Below are positions 18,087-27,268 of a stretch of 64,000 nucleotides of DNA, in pieces. Location of the stretch: positions 785-64,784 of the forward strand of contig JAVZNR010000009.1 of the NCBI GenBank assembly GCA_038882715.1. Reading direction: 5' to 3'. The stretch comes from Candidatus Bathyarchaeia archaeon. GTDB taxonomy: Archaea; Thermoproteota; Bathyarchaeia; Bathyarchaeales; DTEX01. A program made the position numbers and the translations under genes. The notes below the pieces were generated by a model, which was not told the origin of the DNA, made no database searches, and saw only the letters and a program-made list of their open reading frames with translations. Every line of letters starts with the position of its first letter. Position 1 is the first letter of the stretch.

Positions 18087-21000
18087 TTATGAGAACGTGG
18101 AAGAAAGGCTGATTTTCCCCTCCTTAATCCATCGGGCATGCCTAATGGCTTTTGTTATATTTAAAGATTCATTGATTTCAGCTAGCCCTTCAGCGGTGTC
18201 GCCGCAAACAATCTTCGCGACGCCAATCACGTAGCGCAGGTATGCGAGAGCCTCATCGTAGTGGAGTAGGCGCGCCACGGCGCTCTTAGCGTCACCTATT
18301 TTTTCATGTATTTCCTTGATTCTTGATTCCGCTTCACTAATTATTTTCTCCAACAGCGCTCTTGCTTCAGAATCTCTTTCAAGTTTTATAAGTATAAGGG
18401 CTTGGAAGACCTTATGTTCGCTTGCCACGTCAACGGATCTTTGAAGGGCTTCACTCCAAAGTTTCTCAGCGTTTTCTAGGTCGCCGAGCATTTCATATGC
18501 GAGCCCAGCGTAATATAGTTGAAGAATATCATGCCTATATTTTGGGTGAGGCGCCCCCACGCCGAGGTTTTTCGGATATTCTGTGGCTTTGATAAATAAT
18601 TCTAGGGCTTCTTTCGCCCTATTTTCCCTAAGCATCTTAAGACCCTTAGATAATAGGGCGTCGGCGTATATTTCCCAGAAGCCAAAGTATCCTTCAGACG
18701 GCTCGAAATACGTGTTAAGCAGTATTTTCAGGGCTTCATCTTCCTCTTCAGCATCAACATACGCTGAGCACAATCTGGCGATCAACGCGTACCTTTTAGC
18801 CTCCGCCGGAGCACCCTCAAGTAGGTTCAGCCTCTCGTTGAAGAGACCGATCCTAGAATATATGTCGTCTAGCTCAGCATATAGCACGTGGTTTGTGGGC
18901 GATAACCCTATGGCTCGCTTATAGGCTTTAATGGATTTATCCCATTCACCAGTTAAAATGCTATAAGAGAAACCTATATTGCGATATAAAAACGCGTGCT
19001 CCAACCCATTTTTTGAGGCCTCTTCCCATATTTTAAGGGCTTCTTCCCATCTTCCAACATAGAAGAGAACGTTGCCCAGCAGGTAACGTGCTACCCGACA
19101 TCTTTTGAGGGAAGATATGACATCTCCTAATACTTCGATGTCCATCAATCTATGTGGGAAAACATACTCGACGTTTTCCTTTTCACCGTCACTATAATAT
19201 TTCTTAGCCTCTTCAACTCTCCCCATCTTTTTAAGGGTGAAGCCTAAATAATAATATATCAGCGGATTCCTAACTCCGCGATTCAATGCTTCACCCAATA
19301 TTTTTGCAGCATCATCAAATAGTCCGGCGAAAATGTACTCTTTTGAAACTTCAAGAACCTTATGGGCATTAGAAAACAGAATTTCATCTAATTCTTTATC
19401 ACACGATAGCAAGTGCCTCTCAGCGATAACCATGTAGTCCAGCGGCATAAGAGCCCCACCTTTCTCAAGAAACTCTAAAGCCTCTTTCATCTTTCCTTCT
19501 CTCCTTAAAATGGCGGACAATAGCGTTAAGGCTCTTAAATTAAAACCGTTATCTTCAATCGCCATCCTAAGAAACTCTTCAGATTCATCGTAAAGATTTG
19601 ACCTTGCTTTCAATACTCCCAGAAGATAAAGGGCTAATGACCTATTCTTCCCAAAAGTGTAGATCTTCCAGAGGTTTCTTTCAGCATCCTCATTCTTACC
19701 CAGCGCCATCAACGCTAGGCATAAGTAATATCGGGCATCTTCATCGTAGGGGTTTCTCCTTAAGGCTCTTCTAAGAAGGATTTCAGCATCTTCATAAAGC
19801 CCCGAAGCATAGTATAGCAGGCCGAGCCAAGATAGGCTTTTAGAAAAGTCAGGATCCTTTTCCAGCGATTTCTGGAAGAAACTTCTAGCTATTTCAGCAT
19901 GCTCCTTTTTAAACGAGTCTACGCCTTTAAGCCAAAGCTCCTCCGCGCTGTCTTTCCAACCCCACTCCTCCATTTCGCCTTTCCACATAGGGGTTTCGGG
20001 TAAACTCGTTCTGTAGCTCCTAAAGTCCCATGATATTATCTCTCTTCCCTCCTCAGACAATATCCTTAAAAATGGTTTCTCAGCCTTTACGCCTATTTCT
20101 CTTACCACCGCGAAACTAGGCGATAAATTTAGGGTTTCACTGTAAACCACCCTTTTCTCCACGTCTAAAATCTCGAGCTTAACGTTCCTATATTCCATCG
20201 CCGATGAGATTTCGACTCTAATTTTTCCCTCCTCAGTTTTCTCTACGGCGAGCGCTGCACTTTCATTAGCAAAAGTTAAACTGCTAAGACCTCTAACAGG
20301 ATACCAGTACTCAATCCAAGATTCAAACCTTAACGGGTTTGCAAGCTCAACAATGCCCTGTGTTAAGAACCTTCCGCTCTGTATCTCTATGTATGGGATA
20401 CCTTTATCTGAAAGCATATCCCTCCAGAATAAACCGTCTTCAGATACGCCCCATGTCCAGAATTTTTTCCCCGGAACAACGTTATGATCCGCGACGTGAA
20501 CTAAGCCTAAATTATAGTCATAATTGTAGGCGGCGAAGAAATCCTCTTCAGAGTCCAGTATAAAGAGGCTTGTGGGTCTAACATAGTTTTTATACCATCT
20601 TAAGTCTACGCCCTCATCATTAATTGGGAAACTTCCGAGGTTAGTGCGCGACCCCGGATAAAATATTATTGAGCCTTGGCTTGCCGGCAACGCCGCATTC
20701 GACCAGAAATAGTACCGCTCTGGAAGCAAACTCGTATTAAATGTTCTTATCTCTGTTTCAATTCTTGAGGAATTCGGTTTCAGCTTTATAATGACGGCAT
20801 ACTCAACATTCGTCGTCAAATTTAAGCTGCCCAAAATTATTGACGCGCTCCCATCGCTATTCTTCCTTAAAATGTAGTCTACCGGTGAAAAGTTGTCTAC
20901 GGTATGTGATGGAAAGGAGCATAAATTGAACTCTAACCCTACAGCGATCCATGCTCCTCTAGCGGCTATCAGAGCTGGCCTAATGATATCTATATGGTTG

Positions 21001-21257
21001 AAGATCTGGCGTCCGGAAGACTTATCAAGCGCTGAGAAGATACGTGCCCCTAGGGCGGGAATAAAGGATACTTTGAGGAAAATATTTTCCATCTCTATCT
21101 CCCTATATTGAGTGGGAGACGGCTCAGAACTGAAAATGTTAAGTTTAGTGTAAGGGTAATGTTTACTTTCGAAGTACGGTATAGGATCCTCAAAAACCTT
21201 GTAAGCCATCTTTGTAGCAGTTTTCTCCGAGATTTTAACACAATCACCTGAACTCAA
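18087..21257 (-). CDS. DUF5107 domain protein fused to a long TPR array
   Basis: The N-terminal part (ENIFLKVSFIPALGARIFSALDKSSGRQIF...GAWIAVGLEFN) matches my memory of the DUF5107 signature. The C-terminal roughly 600 aa are TPR-like repeats (A/L/Y periodicity). Confidence 0.65.
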   Translation of the reverse strand: MSSGDCVKISEKTATKMAYKVFEDPIPYFESKHYPYTKLNIFSSEPSPTQYREIEMENIFLKVSFIPALGARIFSALDKSSGRQIFNHIDIIRPALIAARGAWIAVGLEFNLCSFPSHTVDNFSPVDYILRKNSDGSASIILGSLNLTTNVEYAVIIKLKPNSSRIETEIRTFNTSLLPERYYFWSNAALPASQGSIIFYPGSRTNLGSFPINDEGVDLRWYKNYVRPTSLFILDSEEDFFAAYNYDYNLGLVHVADHNVVPGKKFWTWGVSEDGLFWRDMLSDKGIPYIEIQSGRFLTQGIVELANPLRFESWIEYWYPVRGLSSLTFANESAALAVEKTEEGKIRVEISSAMEYRNVKLEILDVEKRVVYSETLNLSPSFAVVREIGVKAEKPFLRILSEEGREIISWDFRSYRTSLPETPMWKGEMEEWGWKDSAEELWLKGVDSFKKEHAEIARSFFQKSLEKDPDFSKSLSWLGLLYYASGLYEDAEILLRRALRRNPYDEDARYYLCLALMALGKNEDAERNLWKIYTFGKNRSLALYLLGVLKARSNLYDESEEFLRMAIEDNGFNLRALTLLSAILRREGKMKEALEFLEKGGALMPLDYMVIAERHLLSCDKELDEILFSNAHKVLEVSKEYIFAGLFDDAAKILGEALNRGVRNPLIYYYLGFTLKKMGRVEEAKKYYSDGEKENVEYVFPHRLMDIEVLGDVISSLKRCRVARYLLGNVLFYVGRWEEALKIWEEASKNGLEHAFLYRNIGFSYSILTGEWDKSIKAYKRAIGLSPTNHVLYAELDDIYSRIGLFNERLNLLEGAPAEAKRYALIARLCSAYVDAEEEDEALKILLNTYFEPSEGYFGFWEIYADALLSKGLKMLRENRAKEALELFIKATEYPKNLGVGAPHPKYRHDILQLYYAGLAYEMLGDLENAEKLWSEALQRSVDVASEHKVFQALILIKLERDSEARALLEKIISEAESRIKEIHEKIGDAKSAVARLLHYDEALAYLRYVIGVAKIVCGDTAEGLAEINESLNITKAIRHARWIKEGKISLSSTFS

Positions 21258-21380
21258 TTAAAGACCTGACCTCCAAAGGAATTAATACGATATACCTAAA
21301 AAGATTTTCTTATGGAAAACGTTATCTAGCGCTATTCACCCTAAAGCAACTATATATTTTTAAGAAAGAAGGAAAATAAT

Positions 21381-21980
21381 TTGGGGGAAAGCGAATTGAA
21401 GTATAGGATTGAGGGAAGGAGAGACGCTTTAATAATAGTTGATGTTCAAGTTGACTTCTGCCCCGGTGGAACCTTGCCGGTTCCGGGGGGCGACAAGATA
21501 ATCCCCATACTTAATGAATATATAAGGAAATTTTATATGGCTGGCGCCCTAATAGTTGCTACAAGAGATTGGCACCCACCAAACCATATCTCGTTTAGAG
21601 ACTATGGTGGCATCTGGCCTCCGCACTGCGTTCAGGGAACTGAGGGAGCGAAGTTTCATCCGGGTTTAAGGCTTCCGGAGAACGTTATCATTGTGTCTAA
21701 GGCTACGGATCCGTCAAAGGAGGCTTATTCCGGCTTTGAGGGAACGGAGCTTGAGAAGGAATTAAGGAAGGCTGGTGTTAGAAGGGTTTTTATCGGGGGC
21801 CTCGCGACGGAATATTGCGTTAAAAACACGGTTTTAGATGCGTTGAAACATGGTTTTGAAACCTTCCTTCTAGAGGATGCTGTGAGGGGAATAGATGCGA
21901 AGCCCGGAGATGTTGAGAAAGCTATAAAGGAGATGCTTGAGAAGGGCGCTAAAAGGCTGACGTTAATGGACATAGAGTGA
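21381..21980 (+). CDS. pncA: nicotinamidase/pyrazinamidase (isochorismatase family)
   Basis: ALIIVDVQVDFCPGG, TRDWHPPNHISF, WPPHCVQGT, and ATEYCV (catalytic Cys). Confidence 0.88.
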   Translation: MGESELKYRIEGRRDALIIVDVQVDFCPGGTLPVPGGDKIIPILNEYIRKFYMAGALIVATRDWHPPNHISFRDYGGIWPPHCVQGTEGAKFHPGLRLPENVIIVSKATDPSKEAYSGFEGTELEKELRKAGVRRVFIGGLATEYCVKNTVLDALKHGFETFLLEDAVRGIDAKPGDVEKAIKEMLEKGAKRLTLMDIE

Positions 21981-22028
21981 ATACTTTATTTACCTTTGAT
22001 TTGGCGATCTAATATTTTGGGGAGACAA

Positions 22029-23399
22029 ATGCTCATAACCCACGCCTACAGCATTTTGCTCTCACTTCTAGTTTTAATAGCATTATGTTTGCATCTTTTC
22101 GGCTGCGATCACTGTCCTCATCTACCGATCCAGATTCATGAAGGAGGGACAACGCTCAAAATGAGAAGGGGAGTAAATATTGGGAATGCTCTTGAAGCCC
22201 CTAGAGAGGGTGAATGGGGGGTTTACATAAGAGATGAATACTTTAGCATAGTAAGAGAAGCTGGCTTCGACACTGTTAGAATACCTATAAGATGGTCTGC
22301 CCACGCCGAGGAGAAACCGCCATATAAAATCGACGAAGAATTTTTTAGGAGAGTTGATCATGTTATAGATAAGGCTTTAGAGCAGAATCTAACCGTAATA
22401 ATCAACGTCCACCATTACGAGGAGATAATGCGTGACCCGCGGGGGCATTGGGAGCGCTTTTTAGCCATCTGGCGGCAGATATCTGAGCGCTATAGGGATT
22501 ATCCTGACGCCCTTTGCTTTGAGCTGCTTAATGAGCCGCATGATGCTTTAACAAGCGATCTATGGAATGCGTTGCTTCTGGACGCCGTTAAAGCTATAAG
22601 GGAGACCAATTCTACGAGAAAAATAGTGATAGGGCCAGTTGACTGGAATAACGTTTACAGCCTTAAGAAACTAATCGTACCTGACGATGAAAACATAATA
22701 GTTACATTCCATTTGTACACTCCATTTGAGTTTACTCATCAGGGCGCCGAATGGGTTGCCCCGTCTCCGCCAGTTGGCAGAAAATGGCTGGGAACGGAGG
22801 AGGAGCGAAGGCAGATTACAAGCGAGCTGGATACAGCGGTTCAATGGGCTGGAGAGCATGGAAATATCCCGCTACTCCTTGGGGAATTTGGGGCTTACAG
22901 TAAAGCCGACATGAATTCTAGGGTTAGATGGACGCGTTTTGTAGCTAGGGAGGCTGAGAAGAGAGGTATTGCGTGGTGTTACTGGGAGTTCTGCGCGGGG
23001 TTTGGGGTTTACGATCCGGTGGAGAATAAGTGGCGTGAGGACTTATTGAACGCCCTAATTCCGAAAGAGGATACCTACTACGTCTTCGCTGAGACTGAGC
23101 ATGGAAATATCACCGGGTCCGGATGGTATCATAAGGGCACATACGCCACAATAAAACTTGAGAAAACAGAATTCGATTCCTTAATTCCAATAGTATTTGA
23201 TCATTTTGAGGGGTTAAACCCGGATAAAGACATAATACTGGATGAAAGAACTGTTAAAGTCTATGTTGACGGTCCAAGAGAGATAAAGGCTGTATGGAGA
23301 AGAAACTACAGAATGCTGGCGACGGCTGCTTCGGTAGCTGGAGCACTTGTGATAGGGGTATTGATTCTCTTCTACCTTAAGAAACTAAAAAGAAAATAG
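22029..23399 (+). CDS. GH5 endo-beta-glucanase/mannanase-like glycoside hydrolase with a B-repeat-like domain and C-terminal TM anchor
   Basis: GVNIGNALE, FDTVRIPIRW, FELLNEPH (acid/base), LLGEFG (nucleophile); then GNITGSGWYHKGTYATI... and the TM helix ATAASVAGALVIGVLILFYLKK. ATG 22029 follows GGGGAG. Confidence 0.85.
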   Translation: MLITHAYSILLSLLVLIALCLHLFGCDHCPHLPIQIHEGGTTLKMRRGVNIGNALEAPREGEWGVYIRDEYFSIVREAGFDTVRIPIRWSAHAEEKPPYKIDEEFFRRVDHVIDKALEQNLTVIINVHHYEEIMRDPRGHWERFLAIWRQISERYRDYPDALCFELLNEPHDALTSDLWNALLLDAVKAIRETNSTRKIVIGPVDWNNVYSLKKLIVPDDENIIVTFHLYTPFEFTHQGAEWVAPSPPVGRKWLGTEEERRQITSELDTAVQWAGEHGNIPLLLGEFGAYSKADMNSRVRWTRFVAREAEKRGIAWCYWEFCAGFGVYDPVENKWREDLLNALIPKEDTYYVFAETEHGNITGSGWYHKGTYATIKLEKTEFDSLIPIVFDHFEGLNPDKDIILDERTVKVYVDGPREIKAVWRRNYRMLATAASVAGALVIGVLILFYLKKLKRK

Positions 23400-23454
23400 A
23401 AAAGGAGAGGGCCGGACAATGCTTTAACGCTAACGCCTAGCTATTCAGCGTCCT

Positions 23455-23718
23455 TTATTGGGATGGACTGACTATTTCAGCTTCCGCGAACCTTCGGCCA
23501 ATTTTAGTTATCTTCACTCTTATATGGTCACCTGGCTTAGCGTTCGGTATAAATGTTACCAGCCCTTGTATTCTCGCTACACCGTCTCCTTTCCGGCTAA
23601 CTTCTTTAACCTCAACGTCGTATTCTTTTCCCAGCTCAACTGGTTTGGGCGGAAGCCTCCTTTCTCTACTTCTATTGAAGCGTCTTCCCCTCCTATCATT
23701 TCTCCTTTCACTTTGCAT
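23455..23718 (-). CDS. TRAM-domain RNA-binding protein
   Basis: Arg-rich N-terminus followed by GKEYDVEVKEVSRKGDGVARIQGLVTFIPNAKPGDHIRVKITKI. Confidence 0.85.
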   Translation of the reverse strand: MQSERRNDRRGRRFNRSRERRLPPKPVELGKEYDVEVKEVSRKGDGVARIQGLVTFIPNAKPGDHIRVKITKIGRRFAEAEIVSPSQ

Positions 23719-23752
23719 TTTTTCACCTCACATACAGTTGACCTTTCCGCGT

Positions 23753-24043
23753 TTACAGGACAGTTATCTTCCCAAATTTACCAACGTTTAGTTGGCGTTC
23801 CCCTCTGAATGACCTAACGTAACCATTCTCAATCTTTATCGTGTCGTTCACGTTTATCCGCTCGATCTGCTCATTCCACAGAGACAGCTTTATTGTTCCG
23901 GTTTCGTCGCCTATAATAGCGTCAGCAACCCTGAAGACTTGTCCGCTAAACCTTGAGACAACTTCACGTGGCTCCGAGATCTCCAGAACCTTCGCTACGA
24001 GATCAACCTTCCGCATTCCATCCCTCAACTCCTTAATCTTCAT
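23753..24043 (-). CDS. single OB-fold nucleic-acid-binding protein (RPA/SSB-like)
   Basis: VDLVAKVLEISEPREV...ADAIIGDETGTIKLSLWNEQ...IKIENGYV follows the pattern of archaeal single-OB proteins; 96 aa. Confidence 0.7.
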   Translation of the reverse strand: MKIKELRDGMRKVDLVAKVLEISEPREVVSRFSGQVFRVADAIIGDETGTIKLSLWNEQIERINVNDTIKIENGYVRSFRGERQLNVGKFGKITVL

Positions 24044-24252
24044 CTACAAAGATCCCTCCTAACACGCGTTTTTCCGCGATCCCAGGAACAGAGCTACTTG
24101 AAGACGATGTCTCTAAGCTAGAATACAATGGAGAAAAGCGCTGGGAACCCTTTAAATCCTCTAAAAACGGAAACTCTGTTCTCACTAGCTTACATAGAAT
24201 TTTCGGCGTATTCGTTTCGGTCGGCATCTACTTTTTCGTCCTGTATCGCGGA

Positions 24253-24312
24253 ACTAACATCAAAGCAGAGACTCGAGAAGCAGCGCTCCCCGGCTACTGC
24301 TTTGATGCTAGC
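24253..24312 (-). ncRNA. candidate structured RNA element (long hairpin) in a 330-nt noncoding gap
   Basis: Perfect 11-bp inverted repeat CATCAAAGCAG/CTGCTTTGATG (24258-24268 and 24297-24307). It extends to 16 bp only on the minus-strand transcript, through G-U pairs. Confidence 0.3.
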
Positions 24313-24371
24313 GGTTAAAATAGAGAATTGGCGCATCATATAAACTTTACTTTTCCATCTATTAGCGGACT

Positions 24372-25886
24372 TTAGAGGCCTTCTTTGAATCTCCTATATG
24401 TTGTGTAATCCACGTACTCGATGAAGCTGTTTTCAGCTTGATATTTAACGGTAAATTTCTGGCGGCTTCTCTTATCTTTAATCTGGCTGGTCGTCACGAA
24501 GAGATACGCGTCGCTTCCAGCGCCTGAGCCGTAGCTCACAATCATTATTCTTTTATGCGGCTCGGCCTGATCTAGTATGGCGGCTAAACCTATTGGCGAG
24601 GATCCAGAGTATGTGTTGCCAAATTTTGAGACCTGTAAGCCAAGCATGTATTGGTCGGGTTTAAAGCCCAGCGTTGCCGCAGCCCTAGCTGGGAAAGCGG
24701 GGTTGGGTTGATGGCAAACGAAGTAATCGATGTCGCTGGGCTTCAGATTCATTTTCTCCATGAGCTTCCTACCAGCCTTCACAATATGCTTAAAGTAGGC
24801 TGGCTCGCCGGTGAAGCGCCCGCCATGGCGCGGATAACGCTCCGTGTCCCTCCTCCAGAAGTCCGGCGTATCAGACGTGCATGAATACCATCCTTCAATC
24901 TCCGCTATAACGTCTTTCATGCCAAAGATGAACGCTGCTCCCCCGAAGCCGACGAAAAAGTCTAATTCGCCGCCGGGCTCATCCCTAGGCGCTGCCTGAG
25001 CGTTGTCGGCGCCTATAACCATCACGTAATTTATGGGATCCTTAGGGTAGTATACCAGCGCCATCGCATCCTTAAACATGCTTGTCGCAGCCTTACACGC
25101 GAACTCGGTGTCCACAGCGTCGACTCCTTGAACGCCTTCAGCTTTCTCCTCCTCACCGAGTTTAAGGACTTGTGCAACCTTTGATGCTATTGGGTTGACG
25201 GCGTATGGGTTTGATTCTGAGCCCACGTAGATTTTGCCTATAAGCCTGTGATCTACGCCAGAATGTATCAGGGCGAGTTTTCCAGCCTCAACCGCAGCTG
25301 TTATCGCGTCTTCGTCTATAAATGGGACTGAACGCTCCATGGCGCCCTCCTTAATTCTGAACTTTGATATGTATACTCCGTAGCCCACTATGCCCGGCAC
25401 ATCGTATTCCTTGCTCGGCTTAACTATCTCGTATGGTTGGTATGGGTAGTATTCGTCGGCGAACGTGAAAGCCAGAGATATCGTTGGTATAATATCGCTT
25501 TTGTCAACAGAATATCTACGCCTGAACCTTGGAACAACCTCCCTGCCCTCTAGCTCGTCTAGGTTCACTGGTTTACCGCCATCCATGATCATGTCGGTTA
25601 ATCTTCCCGGAACCCTAACCTCCCCATTATGGAAGGATACTATTCCATAAATGTATGCTCCGAGCTTCACGAACCTGTTGGTTGGTTCCCTTATAACCGT
25701 GCATGTTTCAAGAATCCCTTTCTCATAAAAGAAATCTATGTCAATCATTTTTCCAAGACTTTTCCTACCACAGCTTCCACAATACTTCCTCGTCCTAAAA
25801 TACTCTTTTCCGCAGAAGGGGCACCTGCTGCCCTTAAGCCTATCCCCAATATATGATACTCTTCTCTCTATGGGTTCACTGCCCAC
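24372..25886 (-). CDS. fusion protein: DUF35 (Zn-ribbon plus OB) N-terminal domain with HMG-CoA synthase
   Basis: The N-terminus CPFCGKEYFRTRKYCGSCG plus an OB segment is followed by a condensing-enzyme body ending in SYGSGAGSDAYLF. The GTG start overlaps the thiolase stop by 11 nt. Confidence 0.8.
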   Translation of the reverse strand: MGSEPIERRVSYIGDRLKGSRCPFCGKEYFRTRKYCGSCGRKSLGKMIDIDFFYEKGILETCTVIREPTNRFVKLGAYIYGIVSFHNGEVRVPGRLTDMIMDGGKPVNLDELEGREVVPRFRRRYSVDKSDIIPTISLAFTFADEYYPYQPYEIVKPSKEYDVPGIVGYGVYISKFRIKEGAMERSVPFIDEDAITAAVEAGKLALIHSGVDHRLIGKIYVGSESNPYAVNPIASKVAQVLKLGEEEKAEGVQGVDAVDTEFACKAATSMFKDAMALVYYPKDPINYVMVIGADNAQAAPRDEPGGELDFFVGFGGAAFIFGMKDVIAEIEGWYSCTSDTPDFWRRDTERYPRHGGRFTGEPAYFKHIVKAGRKLMEKMNLKPSDIDYFVCHQPNPAFPARAAATLGFKPDQYMLGLQVSKFGNTYSGSSPIGLAAILDQAEPHKRIMIVSYGSGAGSDAYLFVTTSQIKDKRSRQKFTVKYQAENSFIEYVDYTTYRRFKEGL

Positions 25887-27084
25887 TCTTCTCCCTCCCT
25901 AAAATATGGATATAAACTTTTGTCCCGAAACCCTCAATCTCCTGGACGCATCCATAAATTAAGTCACCGTCCGGTTTTATCTGCCTCTTGCCGGCCTCAC
26001 CCCTAAGCTGTTTTACAACCTCAAATATCTGTGCTCCACCAGTCGCGCCGAGCGGGTTTCCATCAGCCTTTAAACCCCCATCAGTATTCACGAAGATCTG
26101 CCTACCGTCTAGGTGGTAAAAGCCGCTCCAGCTTCCAAAGTTTTCGTAAAGCCTTATCCATGCGGTACCCTTATTAACGAAACCCAGGTCTTCAAGTGAA
26201 ACCATCTCAAGAACCGTTGATTGATCGTAGACCTCCAGCAATTTTATGTCGTCTAGGGTTACATTAGCCATCTTTAAAGCTTTTTCCATAGCTATTTTGC
26301 TCGCAATGAAACCTGTTCTAAAAGACCTAGACGGATACGAGATGAAGTCTGTTGCTAAAGAGGAGGCAAGCACATACACCGCGTTATCAGCGTACTCCTT
26401 AGCTTTTCTTGGGCTCGCCAATATTACGGCGGTTGCGCCGTCAGAAACCGGCGCGAAATCATATAAGCCCAGCAGCTTACGCTCCTCCTCTCTAGCCGCA
26501 AAAACCCTCTTAACGTCTATTTCTCTGCGAAAGTGCGCATACTCGTTAAGTACGGCGTTACGATGGTTTTTCACGGAGATTTGGGCTAGAGTCTCCATGA
26601 GCTTCCGTTGATCGTCGCCCCGTATATTATATTCCTTGATATATTCTTTTAGAAGCAATTCGTGACTGCTTTCCGGTGTTCCACCAGCATAATAGCTCCA
26701 GTGATCTACAAGCAGCATTAGGTTGTCTCTAATTTTGCTCCACCTATCAGTCATCTTCTCCATTCCGCCGACGAGAACAATATCGTATCTGCCTGCTTCT
26801 ATCGCGTTGCAGGCGTTTAGTAGCGCTGAACTAAAGGATCTCATCTTCTCTATGGGTATATTCATCTCTAATAGCTGAGACATGAAACCCTCTTCTAAAC
26901 CTATCTTATTAGTGACCTGCAGCAGGTAATCTGAAATATAGCAGGCATCTAGATCCTTTCGCTCTATCCCGGCGGAATCCAGCGCCATTAAACCAGCTTC
27001 GTCTATCAGATCCTCGGGATCCAGCTCATAATGTTCACCAAATCTAGTTCTACCTACGCCAATTATTGCAATGGGTTCCCGCAT
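25876..27084 (-). CDS. archaeal acetoacetyl-CoA thiolase (thiolase-like condensing enzyme)
   Basis: IAIIGVGRTRFGE start, 402 aa, thiolase-like C-terminus GGLKADGNPLGATGGAQ, and coupling to HMGCS. Confidence 0.85.
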   Translation of the reverse strand: MREPIAIIGVGRTRFGEHYELDPEDLIDEAGLMALDSAGIERKDLDACYISDYLLQVTNKIGLEEGFMSQLLEMNIPIEKMRSFSSALLNACNAIEAGRYDIVLVGGMEKMTDRWSKIRDNLMLLVDHWSYYAGGTPESSHELLLKEYIKEYNIRGDDQRKLMETLAQISVKNHRNAVLNEYAHFRREIDVKRVFAAREEERKLLGLYDFAPVSDGATAVILASPRKAKEYADNAVYVLASSLATDFISYPSRSFRTGFIASKIAMEKALKMANVTLDDIKLLEVYDQSTVLEMVSLEDLGFVNKGTAWIRLYENFGSWSGFYHLDGRQIFVNTDGGLKADGNPLGATGGAQIFEVVKQLRGEAGKRQIKPDGDLIYGCVQEIEGFGTKVYIHILGREKSGQ

Positions 27085-27268
27085 ACACCATCTTTCCTCT
27101 CTTCATCTTTTTAGGGTATCCTAAGTGGCCTTAAAAGACTTGCTATTTTCCGGGAATTAATGGCCACTTCTGGAAACAAGAAACAATTTTTTCATAGATT
27201 TCTTCGTCATTTTTCGGGCGCTTAGCTATTCCAGCTATTGCTTCCCCTCTAAATCTTATTCATCTTAT

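Noticed and set aside
24033-24343. Track ORFs 24033..24227 (minus) and 24128..24343 (plus), and a 49-codon minus-strand ORF starting at 24343
   Set aside because: They overlap each other and have low-complexity Ser-rich or unremarkable sequences. None has a Shine-Dalgarno motif or plausible promoter spacing. The region is better explained as noncoding with a hairpin.
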